DNA from: a virus
Direction: 5' to 3' (one strand)
IMG/VR virus record: IMGVR_UViG_3300037307_000339
Length of the DNA: 23,389 nt
The notes below the pieces were generated by a model that saw only the letters and a program-made list of their open reading frames with translations, was not told the DNA's origin and made no database searches. Shown here piece after piece: positions 7,029-15,304 of this stretch (position 1 is its first letter; each line of letters opens with the position of its first letter). A program made the translations under genes and the position numbers.

Positions 7029-7225
7029 TATTCACTGATACCCATTGCGTCTAACGCTGCTTTATACTCAACCTCAGTCTTGTAACGGATCATCACATTC
7101 GACCCATACAGAGTCTCTGTTCTGGCTTTAGCTTCTTTGACTGTGAGCTGTCCACAAGCGACATAATAGATCTTGCCAAGCTGCGGGTTCATGCGTTGCT
7201 TGATCCAATACGACTTTTTAGCCAT
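7028..7225 (-). CDS. hypothetical protein (65 aa from ATG 7225)
   Basis: AGGTGA SD 5 nt upstream of the ATG at 7225; the track begins at an upstream GTG at 7234. It is the first gene after the promoter at 7266-7305. Confidence 0.6.
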   Translation of the reverse strand: MAKKSYWIKQRMNPQLGKIYYVACGQLTVKEAKARTETLYGSNVMIRYKTEVEYKAALDAMGISE

Positions 7226-7265
7226 CTTCGTCACCTACTGTTGAGTTTGCTTACGTTGTGACCAT

Positions 7266-7305
7266 AGTATAGCAAGCCAAAAACTGGAAGTCAAGCCTTT
7301 TTTCA
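7266..7305 (-). promoter_or_regulatory. strong sigma70-type promoter with A-tract (family member)
   Basis: TGAAAAAAGGC-TTGACT(7294..7289)-17 bp-TATACT(7271..7266), followed by the leader ATGGTCACAACGTAAGCAAACTCAACAGTAGGTGACGAAGATG. Confidence 0.7.
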
Positions 7306-7428
7306 AAAAAATCTAGGTCACGGTTTCCACAAAGTAGAACTTTGTTGCCCCTATTGAATGCCCCGCGATTGTCTTGGCTGCGAGTACGATAGACGTAATA
7401 CACCTACGGACTACCCTCTCCTTCGTCG

Positions 7429-8172
7429 CTATGCTGTCATATCAAGTACATCTCTTTTGTTCATAGTGCCTGTCCTAAAAAAAAATGCCTGAGCATTTTG
7501 ATATGATTCGGGAGTACCAATGTCGATAAATGGTCCATCAGCCACCATGCCATATAGTGACTTATTGACAAGGGTTGGAAAGAAATCGTTTTCGAGTGAA
7601 TACGGGAACTGGAGTGGCATACTACGAATTATTTCCTTGTTCATAATGTATACGCCCGCATTGATTAGACTCGGTACAATGCTCAGCTCTTTCTCTTTGA
7701 ACGAGATAACCTTGTCGTCTACCGCCACAGCGACTAAGCCGCTCCTACTGTTGCTGTCTTCCTGAACTAACAGCATAGACACAGAAGCGTTTGTGATAGC
7801 GTGGAACACCTCAAACTCAATTAGATCGAAGTTGCAGTATGAGTCACCGTTCATAATCAGGACGGGGCTATGACAGAGAAGTGGTAAGGCATAACGCACT
7901 GCTCCACCCGTTCCACGGGAAACCGATTCGTTGCAGTAGGTTATGTTGATATTACGGTAATGGTTACCAAAGTGTTCAGTAATCTGATGGTGTAAATAAC
8001 CCGTACAGATTATGACATCATTCAACTGGAATGATGCGATCTGGTCTAAGATATAGGCAAGGAACGGCTTACCCTTCACTGGTGCCATGACTTTAGGCTT
8101 TGTGCTTATGATGGGGCTAAGGCGAGTTCCGAACCCACCTGCTAGAATGACTGCGGTTTGAATATCGCTCAT
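7429..8172 (-). CDS. sugar-1-phosphate nucleotidyltransferase (NDP-sugar pyrophosphorylase family)
   Basis: N-terminal AVILAGGFGTRLSP (GxGTRL signature), KPxxP and GTGGA motifs, and about 250 aa in length, as in HddC/RmlA/ManC-type enzymes. The sugar specificity cannot be determined by eye. Confidence 0.8.
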   Translation of the reverse strand: MSDIQTAVILAGGFGTRLSPIISTKPKVMAPVKGKPFLAYILDQIASFQLNDVIICTGYLHHQITEHFGNHYRNINITYCNESVSRGTGGAVRYALPLLCHSPVLIMNGDSYCNFDLIEFEVFHAITNASVSMLLVQEDSNSRSGLVAVAVDDKVISFKEKELSIVPSLINAGVYIMNKEIIRSMPLQFPYSLENDFFPTLVNKSLYGMVADGPFIDIGTPESYQNAQAFFFRTGTMNKRDVLDMTA

Positions 8173-8191
8173 AACACCTCGCTCTTAATAG

Positions 8192-8267
8192 TGGCACCCC
8201 AGGAGGGAATCGAACCCCCGTATATCGATTTAGAAGACCGATGCGTCATCCACTACGCTACTGAGGC
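8192..8267 (-). tRNA. tRNA-Arg(UCU)
   Basis: GCCTCAG-TA-GCGT-AGTGGATG-ACGC-A-TCGGT-CTTCTAA-ATCGA-TATAC-GGGGG-TTCGATT-CCCTC-CTGGGGT-G-CCA. Confidence 0.9.
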
Positions 8268-8448
8268 ATTGTTAGAAATACGGATAGCCCGAGTCTCTCT
8301 TCATCGAAATCTCTACGAATTTGTCATCCGTTCTGAGGCAACGTATGAGATTAAGTGGCTACCTTATCAAAGTTGAGCTTACAACCTGTATCCCTTGCCT
8401 GCATGATAATTTCTTTAGGACCGCAAAGTAACTCGCAGCATTATATCG

Positions 8449-8521
8449 AGCGGGTAACGCGATTTGAACGCGCATCTTGAGGGTCGGAAGCCGTCACGCT
8501 CTACCTTTGAGCTATACCCGC
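8449..8521 (-). tRNA. tRNA-Gly(UCC)
   Basis: GCGGGTA-TA-GCTC-AAAGGTA-GAGC-GT-GACGG-CTTCCGA-CCCTC-AAGAT-GCGCG-TTCAAAT-CGCGT-TACCCGC-T. The acceptor is perfect, there is one C.C mismatch in the anticodon stem, and CCA is not encoded. Confidence 0.75.
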
Positions 8522-8529
8522 GTTCTTGA

Positions 8530-8769
8530 TTATCGGGAATATACCCTCAATTGAAAATCTGCTTCCTGGGTGTGATGATTTTCAATCACAAAGATATGGG
8601 GGTAGAGACTCTGATAGTTCTGGATAATGGCATCTTTATCATGTTCAGTTGGCTCTTCATTGAGATTGATGACTAGGTATTCACGAAGCAGAATGGGATC
8701 ATCCTCACATTTCCAGGAGATTACTCTATTCCCAAAGACGTTCGCAATCAAATCAGCAGCCTGTTTCAT
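8530..8769 (-). CDS. hypothetical protein (79 aa)
   Basis: ORF track. AAGGAG SD upstream of the ATG at 8769. Confidence 0.6.
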   Translation of the reverse strand: MKQAADLIANVFGNRVISWKCEDDPILLREYLVINLNEEPTEHDKDAIIQNYQSLYPHIFVIENHHTQEADFQLRVYSR

Positions 8770-9183
8770 TTAGAACTCCTTATGTTGTAATCCGCAAGCT
8801 AGTGTCTGAATACCGAGACTACGCCACAGTCTTACGATAACGGGGCGGTCATCGATTGCTAAAACCACATTATACTTGTTTCGGATAAACTTGTCAAACA
8901 GTTCGCGCTGTTTGATGAGTCACCGTCGATAGGGTCGGCATGTACTATGTACTTGTAGGTAACCATAGTAGTGCAAACAAAGCCGAGGCAACCATCACGA
9001 TGATCACATTCTTTACCCTTGTATCTACGATAGGGGTGGATAAAATCCAAATAGTCACTAGTGTTATCGAACCCAAGAAAATGAGCCCGTTACTCTAATT
9101 GTTGAACAGAACATCAAAATTGTTATATCCTTCGTCGCAGCAATGCAGGAGAGGCTCGCCAAAATTAAGTCTCATTGGAAATG

Positions 9184-9351
9184 TTACATCAGCGTGTCAA
9201 CACCCATCCGAGACGCAACTGCAATCACCGTCGCGATCAGGTGGACCGATAGAATGGTGGACATACTAGCTCCTGCGAACCCGTAGCCTATCACCATAAA
9301 CCAGTCCCCTGCAAGGTACAGGGTAACAATGCAACGAAAGATCGTATTCAT
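9184..9351 (-). CDS. small membrane protein (55 aa from ATG 9351; the track ORF extends to 9468)
   Basis: MNTIFRCIVTLYLAGDWFMVIGYGFAGASMSTILSVHLIATVIAVA contains two hydrophobic helices. AAGGA SD before the ATG at 9351. Confidence 0.5.
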   Translation of the reverse strand: MNTIFRCIVTLYLAGDWFMVIGYGFAGASMSTILSVHLIATVIAVASRMGVDTLM

Positions 9352-9541
9352 TCTTTTATCCTTTTGCGTTTGGCTTTCAGCTTTTTCTCCAGTAATCTTC
9401 AGTCTGAAGATGATCTTTTCATACATGCTTTCCTTCAAACTGAATGACCGATCTAAGAACACCGTCATCGTTGCTTACATCCTGACTCCAGGGAAAGTGA
9501 AACGTTTTTGAGTGTTTAGTCTTCATGTCATTGCGGTTGTT

Positions 9542-9724
9542 TTAGTATATAGGAACCAGTTTAACTCGACAAACGCACCTAAACGGAGCCCTCACGCTTT
9601 TCAAGATCAAGTCCTTACTCTTCTTGGCATCCTCTAGGCTTGAGAACGTGTAGGACTCGACACCTAAATCGAAGATACCGAACAACATTATCTTTGTCTT
9701 GTACTTGAGTTTGGACTTGACCAT
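9542..9724 (-). CDS. hypothetical protein (60 aa)
   Basis: ORF track. It is the first ORF after the promoter at 9755-9792. Confidence 0.45.
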   Translation of the reverse strand: MVKSKLKYKTKIMLFGIFDLGVESYTFSSLEDAKKSKDLILKSVRAPFRCVCRVKLVPIY

Positions 9725-9754
9725 TTTGTTTCGGCTTGCTTACACGGTGACTAT

Positions 9755-9792
9755 AGTCTAGCCTATTTACAGCGAAAGTCAAGCTTTTTTTA
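9755..9792 (-). promoter_or_regulatory. sigma70-type promoter with A-tract (family member)
   Basis: TTAAAAAAAGC-TTGACT(9782..9777)-16 bp-TAGACT(9760..9755), followed by the leader ATAGTCACCGTGTAAGCAAGCC. Confidence 0.6.
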
Positions 9793-9830
9793 AGCTAATT
9801 TTCCTCGGAAATGTGACAGCCGCAATGTTG

Positions 9831-10223
9831 CTAGTTTCGGTCAGGGGAGGGAACCAGCGGCGGGTCGAAGAACTTTTCGATTTGCTGGATGAGGCGATGG
9901 AACAAGCGCGGACTCACATCAAACATTGCCGCCCACAGGTTAGCGATAGGGCAAATAGAAACTACTGCCCTGCCGATGAGAGTACCGATCTTATCCGTCG
10001 GATAGTAGTAACCGACGGTCCTCATTGCTCGCCCACTATCCGTCTTTTCCAATGCCTTGGCAGCAGTCAGTTTAGCGATATACACACCCCTGGCTCTGAA
10101 GTCTTTCTGATAGTTCTCGAAGGTTTTCAGAGTGTAACCCACGGCACATATACTCAACGGTAACCAATATAGAAATACGGCAATCCAAGGATTAGCCCAA
10201 TAGCTCAGGATAGCATCAATCAT
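9831..10223 (-). CDS. membrane protein (130 aa)
   Basis: The N-terminus ILSYWANPWIAVFLYWLPLSICAVGY is hydrophobic. GAGGTGA SD upstream of the ATG. The antisense plus ORF 9813-10163 is rejected. Confidence 0.6.
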   Translation of the reverse strand: MIDAILSYWANPWIAVFLYWLPLSICAVGYTLKTFENYQKDFRARGVYIAKLTAAKALEKTDSGRAMRTVGYYYPTDKIGTLIGRAVVSICPIANLWAAMFDVSPRLFHRLIQQIEKFFDPPLVPSPDRN

Positions 10224-10231
10224 AAGTCACC

Positions 10232-10648
10232 TCAACTGTTGATGCTGTCAAGACCCACTCGCATACCGAGTAAACTCAAGATATGGACCATCTCAAATTG
10301 AATTGCCGTGCGGGTGGCAATAGGGATAGAGCTTGGGTGGTTCTCTATATCGGTTTCAGGTTTTACGCCTGAGACACCGATGATCAGAAGCAGTGCTTTC
10401 ATGCTGATGTAATCACACAGAATGGGCTCATACTCAGTAAGCTTAAACTTGATAGGAAATTCAGTAAGCCTGAGTCGAGCCATATTATTGCCCATCTTAC
10501 GGATCCAACGCTTATCGTTAGGGTTGAATACGCTCCAGCCTACGGTTACTTCGCGAGTCTCATAGTCTAGGCTAGTGCATACGGTCAGGACAGCACCGTT
10601 GACTAGGAAGTGATGTCGGAATCGTTGGGCAGTCTTAGTTTCACACAT
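10232..10648 (-). CDS. hypothetical protein (138 aa)
   Basis: ORF track. AGAGGA SD-like motif upstream. Confidence 0.6.
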   Translation of the reverse strand: MCETKTAQRFRHHFLVNGAVLTVCTSLDYETREVTVGWSVFNPNDKRWIRKMGNNMARLRLTEFPIKFKLTEYEPILCDYISMKALLLIIGVSGVKPETDIENHPSSIPIATRTAIQFEMVHILSLLGMRVGLDSINS

Positions 10649-10660
10649 GATAAATCCTCT

Positions 10661-10996
10661 TTAGGTTGCAATAGCCATGGCCTCCTCGATGGGAGGTGCA
10701 TCAAGATACTTCTTATACACTGCTTCTTTTTGATCCTTAAGTTCTTGAATCTTGGAGTTAAGAGCAGCAATTTCCTTCTGTTTTTGCTCTTCCACATACG
10801 CTAGAGCAAGCGATTGATCAGTGAATAGGTACATTCCTGCCACTCTACGGTGGGTGCCATTTACATACTTCACCAACAAATTATCAGATAGACTTTCGGT
10901 GAGTTTGATGAAGATCGCACAATATCGGATCCCACTCGTGAGATAGAACTCCACATCCCAACCATACAGTATGCGGTAATAATCTTTGCTGTTCAT
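10661..10996 (-). CDS. hypothetical protein with C-terminal coiled-coil-like segment (111 aa)
   Basis: ORF track. ATGA start/stop overlap with the upstream gene. Confidence 0.55.
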   Translation of the reverse strand: MNSKDYYRILYGWDVEFYLTSGIRYCAIFIKLTESLSDNLLVKYVNGTHRRVAGMYLFTDQSLALAYVEEQKQKEIAALNSKIQELKDQKEAVYKKYLDAPPIEEAMAIAT

Positions 10997-11250
10997 TCTT
11001 TATCCCTCATTGTAAACGATATCTCACAGGCTCTTTCGCACTCATGCTTGATGTCTGTCTTAAGTTTTTTGATGGCAATTTTCTTTACCTCTTTGAATAC
11101 TCTCTTGCCAGGGCAATGGAACATTTCGATTGTGACACGGTTGCCCTTAACCTTAATGTCTTTTACCCTAACAAGTGTCCTGCTTATGATGGCATCTACA
11201 ACTGTAGAAATGTACTTTGAACGAGTTTCCAGTGATACCATCTCATACAT
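10993..11250 (-). CDS. hypothetical protein (85 aa)
   Basis: ORF track. AGGAG SD 5 nt upstream. Confidence 0.55.
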   Translation of the reverse strand: MYEMVSLETRSKYISTVVDAIISRTLVRVKDIKVKGNRVTIEMFHCPGKRVFKEVKKIAIKKLKTDIKHECERACEISFTMRDKE

Positions 11251-11254
11251 TCTC

Positions 11255-12046
11255 CTAAATTTCTACAGTCATTGGAATGTATTCATGTGGGTGTCTGTAG
11301 AGCTCACCTAAGTAACCTTTAGGGTGACAGACTACTCTACACTGTTCAACGTTGTAATCAAAATCACTATGACAATGCCCGTGTGCCCAAAGCTTGATCT
11401 GATCGTTATCGACCATGATATGCTCTAGGTTACTTGCGAATGCTCCAGTAAGGGGACTGGTCTTAAACCTGGGCATTATGCTCTGATACGACGGAGCGTG
11501 ATGCGTCAATATCACTATCGTCTTCGTCTCATTGAACAGCCTTAGCATCTGATCAATGTAGGACGTGTTGATGTTGAAAAGACGAACCGTATCATCGGGT
11601 CTGATTGCTCTGGAGCGGAATGACAGATCCTTAAGAGTAGGAAAGATAAAGTAATAATCTGAAATTCCTACCTTGCACGCCTCCTTCGTCATAGGATTGT
11701 TCCTATCCATATCGCTCCAGAGCGTAGTGCCGATGAACGTGACTTCATCGATAGAGATCGCATCATTACTCAAGACATGGATGTTTCTGAAAGGTTTCAT
11801 CTCTTCCCTAATGTAATCGACTGTCGTATCAAGGCACCCCTGATAATACTCATGATTACCTAGGACATAGAATACTTTTTCCCATCTCTCGCTCATCCTC
11901 TTAAACACGGGAAGCATCTTTCTTATTTGTCGAACCTCACACACATCACCTAGGAGAGCGAGGAAAGGAGCGTTAGCAGTAAAGAACGGGTCTCCTAGAT
12001 CGCTTACTAGACTGAGGTGAATATCACTGGCAATATCGATGAGCAT
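11255..12046 (-). CDS. calcineurin-like metallophosphoesterase
   Basis: All five motifs are present in order: ASDIHLS (DxH), LLGDVCE (GD), LGNHEYY (GNHE), LTHHAP (H), HGHCH (GHxH). GGAGATGG SD upstream, and it has its own promoter at 12101-12129. Confidence 0.8.
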   Translation of the reverse strand: MLIDIASDIHLSLVSDLGDPFFTANAPFLALLGDVCEVRQIRKMLPVFKRMSERWEKVFYVLGNHEYYQGCLDTTVDYIREEMKPFRNIHVLSNDAISIDEVTFIGTTLWSDMDRNNPMTKEACKVGISDYYFIFPTLKDLSFRSRAIRPDDTVRLFNINTSYIDQMLRLFNETKTIVILTHHAPSYQSIMPRFKTSPLTGAFASNLEHIMVDNDQIKLWAHGHCHSDFDYNVEQCRVVCHPKGYLGELYRHPHEYIPMTVEI

Positions 12047-12100
12047 TTACCATCTCCGAGTTAAAATGTAAAAATCATTTATTTGCGCGTAATCGTTAAT

Positions 12101-12129
12101 AGTTTAGTACATCAGAAGCCTGATGTCAA
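12101..12129 (-). promoter_or_regulatory. sigma70-type promoter
   Basis: TTGACA(12129..12124)-17 bp-TAAACT(12106..12101), about 55 nt upstream of the metallophosphoesterase ATG. Confidence 0.55.
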
Positions 12130-12392
12130 GAGGAAGGTTGTGTAGAGTTCCTAATCCACACCGCTCCACGTTCGTCGTACAGACTGTTCTGAACGGAGTC
12201 ATAATAATCATGGAACTTGCTGAATACTTTCACAGGCTCTCTCTGAGTCATCATCGGGTTGCATTAAAAACTAGAGATGCCCGTCGATCTTATCAGCGAA
12301 CTCGACTAACATCTCTTATGTCAATAGTGTGCTTCATTGCACTAATCGCCCGTTTAGTAGGTTACGAATTCTCGATACGTTATCCTAGTCTG

Positions 12393-13313
12393 TCATTTCA
12401 GTGCATTTACGCAATGGGTATAGGAATAGTAGTAGAATCCCGTGATCTCTGCATAGTTGCGCCAAGTCTTAGTCGTAGACAGTAACGGTCTGTCTTCTTT
12501 TTCTGACGCATTAAACGATGATTCTGCTCCGTCAAATGCGCCGTTAACCTTTAACCAAGGTCCTAAGAAGCACATATTGTCATAGTAGCCTGGTGCCTTT
12601 GGACCCAAATTGCAAATCTCTGGTGGTAGCCATTCAGCACTAATGATCGGCAGTACCTTAACCTTGGTACTAGGAACTGCATTCTTGATTTGATTGAGAC
12701 GATCCTTAACCTTAGGATAGAGCTTTGTTCCTCTGTCTACATACGAGTGCATATAGATTCGGTCAACCAATTTGAGCAGAGAAGTCATCTCATTCTGAGT
12801 GGTCCAACCGATATACGCACCAATAACAGTGCCTGCTGGTGCTTTAGACCTCATATACTTGAGTATCGTAGTCGCATTGGTAGTGAAGTCTCTCGGTGAG
12901 TTGTTCCACCACTCATACTCAAGCCACAATCCATCAATTTTGACTGCGTAGGTAGAAAGGAATTTGGTAACTCTGTCCATTTCAGCAATTCCGCCGACAG
13001 CAATAGAGACAAAGTTAACTCCTTGAGCTCTCACCTTTTCAATCAAGTCTTTAAGCTCTGACTGCTTCAATGGAATGACCCTCGTAGCAACAGGACCACC
13101 TGTGTAGAAGGTTAGTTCAGTGAATCCATACTTCTTGACAAAATCTAAAAACTCTTGGGTTTTGGATGGGTTAGTTACAATGGAGTAGAGTTCTCCAACT
13201 AGCAGTCCTCTCATAGCCGTACCTCCTGGTGGACTTGCAAAAGTAAAATGTGACATCAAATTTAAAACAATACACATCATTTTACTTAGTCTTTTTACGG
13301 TACTGAACCTCAT
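12393..13313 (-). CDS. secreted/periplasmic TIM-barrel glycoside-hydrolase-like protein (306 aa from ATG 13313)
   Basis: TAATG overlap with the GT2 stop. Signal peptide MRFSTVKRLSKMMCIVLNLMSHFTFA/SP. Eight alternating strand/helix segments, with IDGLWLEYEWW after the fourth, reminiscent of the GH18 DGxDxDWE motif. Confidence 0.55.
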   Translation of the reverse strand: MRFSTVKRLSKMMCIVLNLMSHFTFASPPGGTAMRGLLVGELYSIVTNPSKTQEFLDFVKKYGFTELTFYTGGPVATRVIPLKQSELKDLIEKVRAQGVNFVSIAVGGIAEMDRVTKFLSTYAVKIDGLWLEYEWWNNSPRDFTTNATTILKYMRSKAPAGTVIGAYIGWTTQNEMTSLLKLVDRIYMHSYVDRGTKLYPKVKDRLNQIKNAVPSTKVKVLPIISAEWLPPEICNLGPKAPGYYDNMCFLGPWLKVNGAFDGAESSFNASEKEDRPLLSTTKTWRNYAEITGFYYYSYTHCVNALK

Positions 13314-14602
13314 TAGTATTTCGTTTTCCATAGGTAGGCATGTCTTTGGACATAGTTAGGCACATAGCCATCTCGATAAGAGGACCTATTGATGAACTCA
13401 TCGACGCAAGCCACGGTCCTCACTGCTCGCATAAAGAAGCCTCCATAGAGTGAGTAGAATGGGAATACGATACAAGGCATTAGATCTCTCTTGAGGTTTA
13501 CGCTGTAGAACATCACCGTGAGGACTTGGAAGAAGCCAAAGACACTATAGCCTAATGCAACACAAACAGCTAAGTTCTTAACAGACTGCCAATCCAAATT
13601 CAAGAACAAAGCGCCTAACATGAACCAAAACGAGAAGGTACACCACACGGAGAAGAACATCGTGTCGTACCAGTACAGGAAGTTCGTGAATCGGAAGTTG
13701 TTACTCATCAGACTGGCACCTTCGATATGCTTGCGAAGATGGATTCTGACGATGCCCATATCCCAACGGAGTCTTTGATTCCATAGTTGTTTCCATTTGA
13801 TCGGAACATCCGTATAGCACTCTGACTCAGGTACGAACACCACCTTGTAACCCATCTTGCGAATGCGAATAGTGATGTCTGAGTCTTCACTAGGTCCAAC
13901 ATCCATACCGTATCCACGACGGAAGATCTCTGTCCTGAATGCACCGAAAGCACCGCTGATGATAGACAACGTCCCCATTTTAGCTGAAAGCACTCGACCT
14001 ACCATGATCGAGATCAGATACTCGTACGCTTGGAATAGTGTGCATAAACTGTCTGTCGGATTCCTGACAAGGATGCAACCCGATGTTCCACCCACTTTAG
14101 GATCTTTAAACGGTTGCACTAATCGGTAGATAGCATCAGGACCAAAAGTGCTGTCTGAGTCGATGACGACAATGATATCTGCGGTGATGTATGGGTATGC
14201 GAAGTTCTGTGCAGTGCTCTTTCCACCACCATGGGGGCGTCTCAGAACTAAGACTCCGTCATGAGTCTCTGCGAACTTAGACGCAATCTCGAATGTGCCA
14301 TCCGTTGAGCCATCGTCGATGACGATAATTTGGAGGAACGGATAACTGCCATGGATTGTCTCCAAGCACTGTCTCATTGTCGCGGACTCATTTAAGCCAG
14401 GGATAAGTGCGCACACAGTGGGTAGATAGGCTCCTTTCGGAGCCTCTTTGCCATGCCATAGGTCAGAAAAGAAGGTCCAAATTAGTAAAACCAGATTTGC
14501 GAATAGATATCTAGGACCATCTAAGAGCAGCATCCCACTGAATGTCAGGAGATACTGCTCTGTGCTGAATCCTGAGAACCAGTACAGAGCATCGTAAATC
14601 AT
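13313..14602 (-). CDS. membrane-embedded processive family-2 glycosyltransferase (polysaccharide synthase)
   Basis: VIDDGSTDG, VVIDSDS, SED and QRLRWDMG form the D,D,D,QxxRW signature. Two N-terminal and several C-terminal hydrophobic helices. At 429 aa it is similar in size to PgaC/IcaA/NodC/HasA. Confidence 0.85.
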   Translation of the reverse strand: MIYDALYWFSGFSTEQYLLTFSGMLLLDGPRYLFANLVLLIWTFFSDLWHGKEAPKGAYLPTVCALIPGLNESATMRQCLETIHGSYPFLQIIVIDDGSTDGTFEIASKFAETHDGVLVLRRPHGGGKSTAQNFAYPYITADIIVVIDSDSTFGPDAIYRLVQPFKDPKVGGTSGCILVRNPTDSLCTLFQAYEYLISIMVGRVLSAKMGTLSIISGAFGAFRTEIFRRGYGMDVGPSEDSDITIRIRKMGYKVVFVPESECYTDVPIKWKQLWNQRLRWDMGIVRIHLRKHIEGASLMSNNFRFTNFLYWYDTMFFSVWCTFSFWFMLGALFLNLDWQSVKNLAVCVALGYSVFGFFQVLTVMFYSVNLKRDLMPCIVFPFYSLYGGFFMRAVRTVACVDEFINRSSYRDGYVPNYVQRHAYLWKTKY

Positions 14603-15297
14603 AACATCGTGTACTCCATTAGGTTGATTTCTTTCGCTTCTGTGACCAAGAACGATGTGTCACAACACAAGCATCTACCGATGAGTTTGGAGTTGTTACC
14701 CGTCCAACCACAATCCATGCAACGCTGCAATCCCGCAGAGACATCGTAGTCTACGTTGATGATTAGACCATCCTTATGACACTTACCGCAAGCGATAGAG
14801 CCTTGCTGACGGTTAATCGTAAATGTCTCTAACAAATCAACGTTCCCGCAAGCATAGTGGTGAACCAACTGGTCAGGACGAGTCGCATGAGATCCGCAGG
14901 ATGGACAGCCTGGGCGAATGGTAAAAGCTATGCTCTCACATTCTGGGCAGACCATTATCTTATCGACCACTTTAGATGTTGCAGCGCCATATTTTACAAA
15001 TAGGTCCAGTGTCTGCTTGTGAATACGGTATTGGTATTCATTACATTCTATGAAGGCATTGTAAACCTGTCCTACTTGATCAGATAAACGATGACATTGG
15101 ACACTTGTCACACCATCTTTGAACTTAGACGTTTTCTGTCTAACAGGAACAGGCACGGTTGAATTACTAGGAAGTAGAACGCCATAACTGAATGAGATTG
15201 GAGACGTTGTCTCCATCGTCATAAAGATTGCATCTTCCCTGACTTCACACTCCCCAATCCACTCACCTCTTAAGGTGGCTAGTCTAGCCGTAATCAT
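14599..15297 (-). CDS. multi-zinc-ribbon protein (232 aa from ATG 15297)
   Basis: Five CxxC pairs in the C-terminal half (CPEC, CPSC, CGKC, CMDC, CLCC). GAGG SD overlaps the MFP stop (TGAGGTCATTATG). ATGA overlap with the GT2 start. Confidence 0.6.
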   Translation of the reverse strand: MITARLATLRGEWIGECEVREDAIFMTMETTSPISFSYGVLLPSNSTVPVPVRQKTSKFKDGVTSVQCHRLSDQVGQVYNAFIECNEYQYRIHKQTLDLFVKYGAATSKVVDKIMVCPECESIAFTIRPGCPSCGSHATRPDQLVHHYACGNVDLLETFTINRQQGSIACGKCHKDGLIINVDYDVSAGLQRCMDCGWTGNNSKLIGRCLCCDTSFLVTEAKEINLMEYTML

Positions 15298-15304
15298 AAT
15301 GACC

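Noticed and set aside
8770-9183. Patchwork of short ORFs in different frames (24-aa ORF from 9174; 63-aa ORF 8859-9050), possibly a frameshifted pseudogene
   Set aside because: I cannot reconstruct a continuous reading frame or any motif by eye. The 63-aa ORF has no SD and a Cys/His-rich odd composition. I left it unannotated.
12130-12392. Terminator expected between the glycosidase-like gene and the metallophosphoesterase promoter
   Set aside because: I found only imperfect inverted repeats (for example around 12181-12200) and none followed by a T-run on the minus strand. Operon termination here is therefore unproven.
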